From positions 141,360,001 through 141,424,000 of the forward strand of contig NC_086097.1 in the NCBI RefSeq assembly GCF_963921235.1: a stretch of DNA of 64,000 bases, written 5' to 3'. Shown here piece by piece: positions 1-10,029 of the stretch. Source of the DNA: Mobula hypostoma (taxonomy: Eukaryota). The translations under genes were made by a program, and so were the position numbers. The notes below the pieces were generated by a model. It ran no database searches. It saw only the letters and a list, made by a program, of their open reading frames with translations, and was not told the origin of the DNA. Within the stretch, counting starts at the first letter, position 1, and each line of letters begins with the position of its first letter.

Positions 1-578
1 TGGTCCATTTCTGACACCTCCCTCCCCTTTCTTGATCTTTCTGTCTCTATCTCTGGAGACAGCTTATCTACTGTTGTCTACTATAAGCCTACGGACTCTC
101 ACAGCTACCTGGACTATTCCTCTTCTCACCCTGTCTCTTGCAAAAATGCCATCCCCTTCTCGCAATTCCTCCGACTCCACCGCATCAGCTCTCAGAATGA
201 GGCTTTTCATTCCACGTCCTCCTTTTTTAAAGAAAGGGGCTTCCCTTCCTCCACCATCAAGTCTGTTCTCAAACGCATCTCTCCCATTTCACTCATATCT
301 GCTCTCACCCCATCCTCCCGCCACCCCACTAGGAATAGGGTTTCCCTTGTCCTCACCTACCACCCCACCAGCCTCTGGGTCCAACATATAGTTCTCTGTA
401 ACTTCCGCCACCTCCAATGGGATCCCACCACTAAGCACATCTTTCCCTCCCCCCCCACACTGCTTGCTGCAGGGATCACTCCCTACGCGACACCCTTGTC
501 CATTCGTCCCCACCCCCATCCCTTCCCACTGATCTGCCTCCCAGCACTTATCTTTGTAAGCAGAACAAGTGCTACACA
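1..578 (+). mobile_element. Penelope-like retroelement, left part (RT C-terminal region), interrupted by an LTR insertion
   Basis: Frame 1 reads WSISDTSLPFLDLSVSISGDSLSTVVYYKPTDSHSYLDYSSSHPVSCKNAIPFSQFLRLHRIS, the PLE RT/thumb pattern. It continues at 4224 across an ACACA TSD. Confidence 0.85.
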
Positions 579-3500
579 TGTCATGGTCCGGTCCGTGAAG
601 ACCACATTCCAGTTCATGGTCCGCTCCATCGACATTTGCTCCCGGTTTTCCTGTCTACCCTGTTTCTGTTCCTGTTGAGCACTAATTGAGGCACCTGATT
701 CTCGTTGGAGCTGGCTGCATAAATACCTCCAGAGAGCAGGGCGTGGCTGCTGGATTGTTCTTGTCCTTACTCCTTGTATCCATTCCCGTGCCTTCTGTTT
801 CCTCGCCTGAAGCCCTGCCTTGTCTTGCCGGTAACTCTCGCCTAGCCTCGCCTGTAGTCTTCTCTTGAAGCCACCCTGTACCTAGCTCCCTTCCTGTCCC
901 TCGCCTCCGCCGGGTAAGTCAGGCCATCTTGCCGTTACCCGACGGTTGGTTCTGTCCCTTCCTGTCCCCTGCCTCCGTCGGGTGGAGATCCACGCCCTGC
1001 CCAGGAGTACCGCCCCTGCCCAGGAGTTCCGCACCCTGCCCAGGAATACCGCGCCCTGCACGGGAGTTCTGTGCCCTGCCCAGGAGTTTCGCGCCCTGCC
1101 CAGGAGGAGCTTCAACACCACAAGCTTCAAGCCGCGCCCCAAGTAGAGCTTCAAGACCCCAAGCCCCGAGCCTCGCCCCAAGCCAAGCTTCAAGACTCCA
1201 AGCCTCAATCCTCGCCTCAAGTCTCTAGTCTCAAGCCTCACTTCAAGTCTCTAGCCAAGCCTCGCCTCAAGTCTCTAGCCAACCCTCACCTCAAGTCTCT
1301 AGCCAACCCTCACCTCAAGTCTCTAGCCAAGCCTTGCATCAGGTCTCTAGCCAAGCCTCGCCTCTGGTCTCTAGCCAAGCCTCGCCTCTAGTCTCTAGCC
1401 AATCCTCGCCTCAGGTCTCTAGTCTCAAGCCTTGCCTCAGGTCTCTCAACTCAAGCCTCGCCTCAGGTCTCTAGTCTCAATCCTCGCCTCAGGTCTCTAG
1501 TCTCAAGCCTCGCCTCAGCCCTCGAGTCTCAAGCCTCATCTCAGTTCTCTAGTCTCAAGCCTCGCCTCAGGTCTCTAGTCTCGTCCTGTCTGCCAGCCAA
1601 GTCACTTCCTTGCCTCGTTCTGGGGTCCGAGCCAGAGGTAAGACCCAGGTGCTGGGTCCTTGTCCAGTCTCTGGCTCAGAGTCAAAGCCTGGGTTCCTAT
1701 CTCTCATGTCTAGTCCTGTTCCAGATTCCCGTTTTTTGTGTCCATGTGCTAGCCCTCACCCTCTATCCTAGTCCTGTCCCTAGTACTTCAGTGTCTGTGT
1801 CTGCACTTGGGTCCCTCCCCAGCGCCCATCCTATGACAGAACAATCCAGCCAACTATGGACCCAGCGACACAGACACCGTCGTTTTCCTCTTGCCACCCG
1901 GGGTTCCCTGCTGTTAAATACCCTCGCACCCGCCCGTGTCATCCATAGTCTGGATAGCCTGTTTGGTCGCCAGGAGGCTCCCATAGAGGCGGGGTGGGGT
2001 ACTGTCATGGTCCGGTCCATGAAGTCCGCATTTCGGTTCACGGTCCGGTCCATCGACACTTACTCCAGGTTATCCTGTCTACCATGTTTCTGTTCCTGTT
2101 GAGCACTAATTGAGGCAGCTGATTCTCGTTGGGGCTGGTTGCATAAATACCTCCAGAGAGCAGGGCGTGGCTGCTGGATTGTTCTTGTCCTTACTCCTTG
2201 TATCCATTCCCCTGCCTTCTTTTTCCTCGCCTGAAGCCCTGCCTTGTCTTGCCGGTAACTCTCACCTCGCCTCGCCTGTAGTATTGTCTTGGAGCCACCC
2301 TGTACCTAGCTCCCTTCCTGTCCCTTGCCTCGGTCGGGTAAGCCAAGCCGTCTTGCCATTACCCGATGGTTGGTTCTGTCCCTTCCCGTCCCTTGCCTCC
2401 GTCGGGTGGAGTTCCGCGCTCTGCCCAGGTGATCCGCGCCCTGCCCAGGAGTTCCACGCCCTGCCCAGGAGGAGCTTCAAGACCCCAAGTCTCGAGCCTC
2501 GCCCCAAGCCAAGCTTCAAGACCCCAAGCCTCAAGTCTCTAGTCTCAAGCCTCGCCTCAAGTCTCTAGCCAACCCTCGCCTCAAGTCTCTAGCCAACCCT
2601 CACCTCAAGTCTCTAGCCAAGTCTCGCCTCAGGTCTCTAGCTAAGCCTCGCCTCTAGTCTGTAGCCAAACCTCGCCTCAGGTCTCTCGTCTCAAGCCTCG
2701 CCTCAGGTCTCTATTATTAAACCTCGCCTCAGGTCTGTCGTCTCAAGCCTCGCCTCAGGTCTCTAGTCTCAAGCCTCGCCTCAGGCCTCGAGTCTCAAGC
2801 CTGGCCTCAGGTCTCTAGTCTCAAGCCTCGCCTCAGGTCTCTAGTCTCATCCTGCCTGCCAGCCAAGTCACGTCCTTGCCTCGTTCTGGGGTCCGAGCCA
2901 GAGGCAAGACCCAGGTACTGAGTCCTTGTCCAGTCTCTGGGTCGGAGTCAAAGCCCGGGCTCCTATCTTTCATTTCCAGCCCTGTTCCGGGTTCCCGTTT
3001 TTCGTGTCCATGTCCTAGCCCTCACCCTCTGTCCTGGTCCTGTCCCTAGTACGTCAGTGTCTGTGTCTTGCACTTGGGTCCGTCCCCAGCGCCCATCCTG
3101 TGACAGAACAATCCAGCCAACCATGGACCCAGCGACACAGACACCGTCGTTTTCCTCTTGCCACCCGGGGTTCCCTGCTGTTAAATACCCTCGCACCCGC
3201 CCAGGTCGTCTATAGTCTGGATAGCCTATTTGGTTGCCAAGAGGCTCCCGCACGCGGGGGGGGGGGGGGGATACTATCATAGTCCGGTCCGTGAAGTCCA
3301 CATTCCGGTTCACTGTCTGGTCCTTAACCCTTGCTCCAGGTTTTCCTGTCTACCCTGTTTCTGTTCCTGTTGAGCACTAATTGAGGCATCTGATTCTCGT
3401 TGGAGCTGGTTGCATAAATACCTCCAGAGACCAGGGCGTGGCTGCTGGATTGTTCTTGTCCTTACTCCTTGTATCCCTTCCCCTGCCTTCTGTTTCCTCG

Positions 3501-4223
3501 CCTGAAGCCCTGCTTTGTCTTGCCGGTAACTCTCGCCTCACCTCGCCTGTACTCTTGTCTTGGAGCCACCCTGTACGTAGCTCCCTTCCTGTCCCTTGCC
3601 TCCGTCGGGTAAGCCAAGCCGTCTTGCCATTACCCTACGGTTGCTTCTGTCCCTTCCTGTCCCTTGCCTCGGTCGGGTGGAGATCCGCACCCTGCCCAGG
3701 AGTTCCACGCCCTGCCCAGGAGTACCCCGCCCTGCCCAGGAGTTCTGTGCCTTGCCCAGGAGTACCCCGCCCTGCCCATGAGTTCCGTACCCTGCCCAGG
3801 AGTTCCGCCCTCTGCCCAGGAGGAGCTTCAACACCCCAAGCCTCAAGCCTCGCTCCAGGTCTCTAGTCTCAAGCCTCGCCTCAGGTCTCTAGTCTCAAGC
3901 CTCGCCTCTAGTCTCAAGCCTCGCCTCAGGTCTCTAGTCTCAAGCCTCGCCTCAAGTCTCCAGCCTCATCCTGCCTGCCAGCCAAGTGACGTCCTTGCCT
4001 AGATCTGGGGTCCGAGCCAGAGGCAAGACCCAGGTATTGGGTCCTTGTCCAGTCTCTGGCTCGGAGTCCAAGCCCGGGCTCCTAGCTCTCTTTTCCAGTC
4101 CTGTTCCAGGTTCCTGGTTTTCGTGTCCATGTCCAGCCCTCACCCTGTATCCTAGTCCTGTCCCTAGTACTTCAGTGTCTGTGTCTTGCACTTGGGTCCG
4201 TCCCCAGCGTCCATCCTATGACA
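579..4223 (+). mobile_element. Non-autonomous gypsy (Tf1/sushi-like) LTR element as a tandem LTR-int-LTR-int-LTR array
   Basis: LTRs at 579-1838, 2003-3105 and 3275-4223 with TGTCA...TGACA ends (third starts TATCA). Internal parts 1839-2002 and 3106-3274 each begin GAACAATCCAGC, contain ATGGACCCAGCG and end in a G-rich PPT plus TAC. One 5-bp TSD ACACA (574-578, 4224-4228). Confidence 0.9.
993..1580 (+). repeat. Minisatellites inside LTR1 (~20-bp CCCTGCCCAGGAGTTCCGCG-type and 24/26-bp CTCAAGCCTCGCCTCAGGTCTCTAGT-type units); equivalent arrays in LTR2 and LTR3
   Basis: Visible tandem units. The 20-bp unit occurs about 6, 3 and 7 times in LTR1, LTR2 and LTR3. Confidence 0.9.
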
Positions 4224-5010
4224 ACACATGCCCTTACACTTTCTCCCTCACCAGCATTCTGGGGCCCAGACAATCCTTCCAGTTGAGACGACACTTCACC
4301 TGTGAGTCGGCTGGGGTGATATACTGCGTCCGATGCTCGCGCTGCGGTGTTCTATATATTGGCGAGACCTGACGCAGGCTGGGAGACCGTTTCGCTGAAC
4401 ACCTCCGCTCTGTCCGCCAGAGAAAGCAAGATCTCCCAGTGGCCATACATTTTAATTCCACGTCCCATTCCCATTCTGATATGTCTATCCACAGCCTCCT
4501 CTACTGTAAATATAAAGCCACACTCAGGTTGGAAGAACACCTCATTTTCCGTCTGGGTAGCCTCCAACCTGATGGCATGAACAATGACTTCTCTAACTTC
4601 CGTTAATGCCCCACCTCCCCTTCGTACCCCATCCGTTATTTATCTATTTATTATTATTATTATTATTATTATTCTCTCCTTTTTCTCCCTCTGCCCCTCT
4701 CACTATACTCCTTGCCCATCCTCTGGGCTTCTCCCCTCCCCCTTTTCTTTCTCCCTAGGCCTCCCGTCCCATGATCCTCTCATACCCCTTTTGCCAATCA
4801 CTTTCCAGCTCTTAGCTCCATCCCTCCCCTTCCTGTCTTCTCCTATCATTTCGGATCTCCCTCTCCCGCTCCCACTTTCAAATTTCATACTATCTTTTCT
4901 TTCAGTTAGTCCTGACGAAGGGTCTCGGCCCGAAACGTCGACTGTACCTCTTCCTAGAGATGCTGCCTGGCCTGCTGCGTTCACTAGCAGTTTTTATGTG
5001 TGTTGCTTGA
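4224..5010 (+). mobile_element. Penelope-like retroelement, right part: GIY-YIG endonuclease remnant and 3' tail
   Basis: FTCESAGVIYCVRCSRCGVLYIGET followed by a decayed R.L..RF.EH region. The tail GATGCTGCCTGGCCTGCTGCGTTCAC... recurs elsewhere in the window. Confidence 0.85.
4908..4943 (+). ncRNA. Minimal type I hammerhead ribozyme motif in the Penelope tail
   Basis: AGTC-CTGACGA-AGGGTCTCGGCCC-GAAAC-GTC-GACT. Stem I AGTC/GACT, core boxes CUGANGA and GAAA, stem II GGG/CCC (one extra A), palindromic ACGT stem III, predicted cleavage after C4939. Confidence 0.7.
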
Positions 5011-5011
5011 T

Positions 5012-6365
5012 ATTCTAAAGGGAGAATGAGGGGAACTATGGCTGACAAAGGAAATTAAAGAAGCTTAAAAGGAAAAGAAATGGTATATAAGAAATGGTAT
5101 AGAAGATTGGCATGCTTTATTTATTTATCTATTTATTTAGCATTACAGCGCGGCATAGACCCTTCCGGTTCTTCGGGCTACACAGTCCCAGCATCCCCCG
5201 ACAAACCAAATTAACTATAACCTAACCACAATTGCCAATTAATCTACCTGGTAGGTCTTTGGACTATTGGAGAAAACTGGAGGATCTGGAGAAAACCTAT
5301 ATATTCCATGTGGAGGACACACAGAGAATCCTTTCCGAACGGTGCTAGAGTTGCACTCCGAACTGCGGAATGCCCCGAGCTGTAAAGGCGTCGCACTAAC
5401 CACTACGCTACTGTGGCCCCTTCTAAAAAAAACAACGGGAAGTATCTAAAAAACCCATAAGGAGGGGAAAGATTAAATATGAAGATAAGTTAGCCAATGA
5501 CGTACAAGAATATACAAAACTTTTTTTTCAGATATATAAAGAGTAAAAGAGAGACGAGAGTAGTTATCAGACCACTGGAAAATGACACTGGAGAGGCACT
5601 AATCTGGGGCAAAGGAATGACCGATGAACTTAAGTATTTTGGATCAGTCTTCACTGTGGAAGACACTAGCAGAATGCCAGAAATGCGAGAGTCTTAGGGG
5701 GAAGTGAGTGCAGTTGCTATTATTAAGGAGATGGTGCTTAGGAAGCTGAAAGGTCTGAAGGTAGATACATCTGCTGGATCAGTTGGACTACACCCCAGGA
5801 TTCTGAAAGAGGCATCTGAATCGATTGTGCAGACATTACCGGGAAGAGCTGTTTCAGTCAGTAACCGGCAGGTGCAAGCACTCTGATGGGAAGGGACGTC
5901 AAGAATCACTAAATTGGTTGTGTATGTAGTAATGAAGGCAAATGAAAAGGTTAACGGGTGAGGAACATTTGATGGCTCTGGGTCTGTACTCACTGGAGTT
6001 TAGAAGAATGAGAGAAGATCTCATTGAAACGTATGGAATATTGAAAGGTCTGGACAGAGTGGATGGGGAGAGGATGTTTCCTATAGAGGGAGAGTCTAGG
6101 ACCAGCGGGCACAGCCTCAGAATGCAAGGACGTCCCTTTATTACAGAGATGCGGAAGAATCTCTTTAGCCAGAGGGTGGGGCATCTGTGGAATTCATTGC
6201 CTGGGACGGCTGTGGAGGCCGACATTGAGTCTATTTAAAGCGGAGGTCGATGGGTTTCTTGACTGATGAGAGTGTCAACGGTTACTGGGAGAAGAGGAGA
6301 ATGGGGTTGAGGGGGATCATAAATCGGCCATGATCGTATGTGCAGCAGACTCGATGGGCCGAATG
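5012..6365 (+). mobile_element. CR1-type LINE fossil, internally deleted and interrupted by a SINE
   Basis: ORF2 fragments FFRYIKSKR..., LKGLKVDTSAGSVGLHPRILKE and EEHLMALGLYSLEFRRMREDLIETYGILKGLDRVD, plus a CR1-like 3' tail. Confidence 0.85.
5120..5420 (-). mobile_element. tRNA-derived SINE, V-SINE/HE1-like
   Basis: Minus strand begins GGGCCACAGTAGCGTAGTGGTTAG (A-box-like), has a central GGTTTTCTCC...GTTTTCTCC...AGTCCAAAGAC segment resembling the V domain, and ends in a (TAAA)n tail. Confidence 0.65.
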
Positions 6366-6579
6366 GCTTAATTCTGCAACGACACTGCAGATTGGTGCGT
6401 GGAATCTTCCATACAATAAAGGAGCCATCGGATACCTTCTTGGCTATTACTCAAATGATGGTTATTTTAAAAGTTGCTCCTTGTATCCGGTTAAGATTCG
6501 TATCAGGGAGATCCGAATTTACCGGGAAGAGCTGTTTCAGTCAGTAACCGGCAGGTGCAAGTACTCTGATGGCAAGGGA

Positions 6580-6607
6580 CGTTCTTGTCAAGGGGTGTAT
6601 CACCGTG
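6580..6607 (-). promoter_or_regulatory. 12-RSS of J-gamma segment 1
   Basis: Nonamer CGTTCTTGT (6580-6588), 12-bp spacer, heptamer CACCGTG (6601-6607). In RSS orientation: CACGGTG-12-ACAAGAACG. Confidence 0.9.
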
Positions 6608-6658
6608 ATGATGGTAATATACTACACTTTGGTACGGGAACCAAACTCATCGTCACAG
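6608..6658 (+). CDS. TRGJ: TCR gamma J segment (upstream J in this window): DGNILHFGTGTKLIVT
   Basis: FGxG motif, adjacent 12-RSS, and a phase-1 donor G|GTAAG at 6659 compatible with C exon 1. Confidence 0.9.
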
Positions 6659-6785
6659 GTAAGCCTCTGGAACTTTCCGAAACATACTCACGCTCTCAAG
6701 TAACTTGGTTACTAGCGAGGATAGATGAGGGCTAGGTTTACGAGAGAGTTCATAGTTTTGCTTAGAGTTTATTTAGGGCCGGGTT

Positions 6786-6813
6786 GGTTATTGTATAAGC
6801 GTTGAACATTGTG
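6786..6813 (-). promoter_or_regulatory. 12-RSS of J-gamma segment 2
   Basis: Nonamer GGTTATTGT (6786-6794), 12-bp spacer, heptamer CATTGTG (6807-6813). Confidence 0.92.
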
Positions 6814-6870
6814 CCACCTCTGGTACTTGGAGAAAAATATTCGGCGGCGGGACTCGGCTCTTCGTCACAG
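6814..6870 (+). CDS. TRGJ: TCR gamma J segment (downstream J): TSGTWRKIFGGGTRLFVT
   Basis: Gamma-type W-x-K-I-F-G-x-G motif, 12-RSS, and donor G|GTAAGT at 6871. Confidence 0.93.
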
Positions 6871-8559
6871 GTAAGTCTGGTGTGCCCCAGCGAACGGGGG
6901 TGAACTGTTGAAGGTTCCAACTCCTTAAGGGTGGCCAATGAGGGAGAGAGGGTGAGCAGATTAGAGAGCGGGGAATGGATGGGAAGTCGAAGGATGTAGA
7001 GATGAAGTCTGGGTGCGAATCCTCCCGCTGAGAATCAGGCTTCTGATGGGATCCCTTGGAGCTGTTTCGATGCAAAGGGTTTGGGGGGAAATATCTTCGG
7101 GGTTTGCACTAGACAAACCTACACAAACGATTTAACCTCCATTTGTTTTAATCCCGCCAATATTACTAAATTTGGTAGCGCGAAAGCGATGGAATAAGAT
7201 GATGATAATGTATTGTGTCACAGCGAAACTCAGGGAGATTGTGATTTCGACCATTTGGGTCGACTTTCGCGTTGCTGATGGCAATTCTATAACAAGCGCC
7301 GCACTTCTAAAGTAAGCCGAGAGTTCGGTAACGTTAAACAAATCATTCAATGCCTCTGGAAGGTAGAGTGGCGGTCAGTACCCACAAATTATTGCAAAGT
7401 TTGTAGGAAGCCAAATTTGCAGAGAGGGACCGTGTTGCTCCAACCCAAATATTTAAAACGTTAGAAAAGTAAATTCTGGAAATCTGAAATAGTAATGCAT
7501 TTGTGAAGAGAGAAACACTTAATGTTACTGATCGAAGGCCCACCTCCGACCTAAAGAATTAACTGTTTCTTTTTTCCCAGCGCTTTACGTTTGTATGTCT
7601 CTAAAGCATTTTGTACACTTTCTGAAATCAGCTCGTCTTTAAACTAGTCACATGTTGCAGATTTTCTTGGAAGTCTGCAGTTAATTGGCCGAAAACCCCC
7701 AAAGCTGCTTGAGTGGGTGCAGAATAGATAGATCGTCGCTGGTTTCCACGTTCGAGCTTTTGGTTACGGCTTTGTTTCCCCGCAAGGGAGCCTGACTGTT
7801 TCTTGCTAAAGCCTCCGTAAAAAATGTCAGTTTTAATCGGCGGTGGTCTTCCGCAAGTCTTCCAATCCACTAAACGTTGAAGGAATCAGATCACACATAA
7901 TTAACAGCAGTTTCAAACACAGCTCTTGTCAGGATTCGTTATTTCAGTTTCTCAAAAGTAGCTCAAAGTTTAATCGACTTAGTTTCAGGGATACTTTTTG
8001 GGCTCTGAGACGGTGAGCATTTTGTAACTTCCCGCCGCCAAAAACCTATTGTGGAATTGCCCTTTTTATTCCGCAGCAGAGTGTGAGCAAGGTCTCAAAT
8101 AGTTAATAACTTTGCTCAGTTTCTAGTTTAGAATCTCGGGTTGTGAAAACCCAAAGAGATGGCCCTCAGGAGAGAAGGGTTCCAGGCACATGCTGAAAGC
8201 AGAGGTTGAATCGTGGGTTTCATCTGAGCAGATCTCTATATTCAGACATAGGTTAATTGCTTCAGTTAAGAGAGTGAGTCGCCTCAGTCCAAGATATTAT
8301 TAACTTCTCCACTCAGTTGAGAAAAGATTAACTGCAAATTGGCAGCACATTGGTTCTAACTTGAAAACGCCTGGCGGGTAACATTACAGAGAAACTGGCT
8401 GCTATTCCATTCAGCGAAATGCACAAGCAAAGTGCATAGGATCGAGGGGTATTTAGCAATTTACATCCAATATTTGCTTGGTGATCGATGGTTATGCTTA
8501 CAATTTGGAAAAGATTGTTAATTTAAGATTTTAAAGGGGATTTTATGAATACTTGACAA

Positions 8560-10005
8560 ACCATGGCGGAGTTAGGAACTGTCAGTATAACTTCGTTCTG
8601 GTAGGTCATTTCTGATTAACTTGATTGAGTTTTTGAGGAGGTGAAAAAGTGATTGATGAAGGTAGAATAGTGGATGGTTAGATTTCAGTAAGGCGTTTGC
8701 TAATGCCCCCTCACAGTAGGCTCATACAGTAGATTAAGATTCACGGGATCCACGGTAACCTGGCCGTTTGCATTCAGAATTAGCACACACATCGAAGACA
8801 GACAGCAGTGGTCGATGGGACCTGGAGGTCCGAGACTAGAGGTATTTCGTAGGGATTTGTATTTGGACCTCTGTTGTTCAGGTTATTGATTAATGTATTC
8901 ATCTATTCATTCGTTTAATTCGTTAATTATTTATTTATCTCTCCATTCATTTATTTACTTATTATTTATCTGTCTATTATTTATGTATCTATTGTTTCCC
9001 TCTCAGTCATTTTTTTTTTAGTTGCTTCCTTGTCTGCTTGTTTCAATGACCTTGATGAAAATGTAGAATAGAGTACTCTGGACATCCCCCCTCGGTTCAG
9101 ATGAGCCGTTGTACATGACGGTTCAAGGAGTCGTGAAAAAGATTGGCGTTGTGGATAGTACAGAGCAGCATACACACCAGTTGCAGATCTGGGTGGAGAA
9201 ATGGCAGATGGAGATTAATCTGGCCAAATGCGAAGGGTTGCACTTTGGTAGATTAAATGTACGGAGATAGTGTTTATGGCAAGACTGTTAAGAGGTGCAT
9301 CATGGAGTCCAAGTACATACTTCCCTGAAAGTGGCTGCACAAGTTGATCGGGCGATAAATATGGCGCAACGCGTGTTTGCCTTTACGAGTCGAGGCATTG
9401 AGTTCAAAAGTCGGGAAGTAATATCACAACTTAATAAAACTGTAGCATCTGGAGTATTCTATTAAATTGTCATCGCCCGTTATCGGAAGGAAGTGGGGGC
9501 TTTGGACGGGAGGTTGAAGAGGTTTACTAGGATGTTGCTTGGATTAGAAACTATCTTCGATAAGGACCGTTGGAACAATCTTGGGTTGTTTTCTCTGGAG
9601 TGATGCGGGCTGACGGGAGACCTGATCGAAGTTTATAAGATTTGGGTGGCATTTACTGTTTACACTGGTAGAACATTTACCAGGGTCGAAATGTCTAATA
9701 CCAGGAGCGAGCATTTCATTTGAGGAGGGCTAAGTTCAATAATATGCAGGATAATGTTGTTTTGCACGGAGAGCGGTGGTTCCCTCGAATGTGCTGACAG
9801 AGATGGTAGTAGAGGCAAATAAAAAATATTTAAGAGGCCCGTGGATAGGCGCGTGGTGTGCAGAAAACGAGGCTACATGGCTATTGTGTAGGTAGAAGGG
9901 ATTAGTTTAGTTAGGCATTTAGTTACTAGTTTAAATGGTTTAACACAATATTGTGGGCCAAAGAGGCCGTTCCTGTGCCCTACCGTTCTATGTTGTATTG
10001 TGATC
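8560..10005 (+). mobile_element. Old CR1 LINE fossil in the J-C intron
   Basis: Decayed RT and 3' CR1 sequence, e.g. GGCATTGAGTTCAAAAG, GGAGACCTGATCGAAGTTTATAAG, tail TTCTATGTT. Confidence 0.75.
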
Positions 10006-10029
10006 TTGTGACTTGTAGTGTTTCACGGG

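Noticed and set aside
1130-1580. Regular 24-26-bp repeats resembling a CRISPR array
   Set aside because: The units are head-to-tail with no unique spacers, and this is a vertebrate LTR context with no cas genes.
686-3866. Repeated hydrophobic ORFs (MRHLILVGAGC...) and other ORFs in the LTRs
   Set aside because: They have non-ATG starts, lie in LTR and minisatellite sequence, differ in length between copies, and show no recognisable domain.
6340-6735. 131-aa ORF as a standalone gene
   Set aside because: It is read-through from a LINE tail across the RSS into J1 and past its donor. Only the J part is meaningful.
7141-7200. Possible third J (KFGSA)
   Set aside because: No FGxG, no correctly spaced RSS, an in-frame stop, and no donor.
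7664-7672. STAT5 consensus TTCTTGGAA in the J-C intron
   Set aside because: A single motif with six fixed bases is expected by chance every few kb. No tandem site or supporting cluster was seen.
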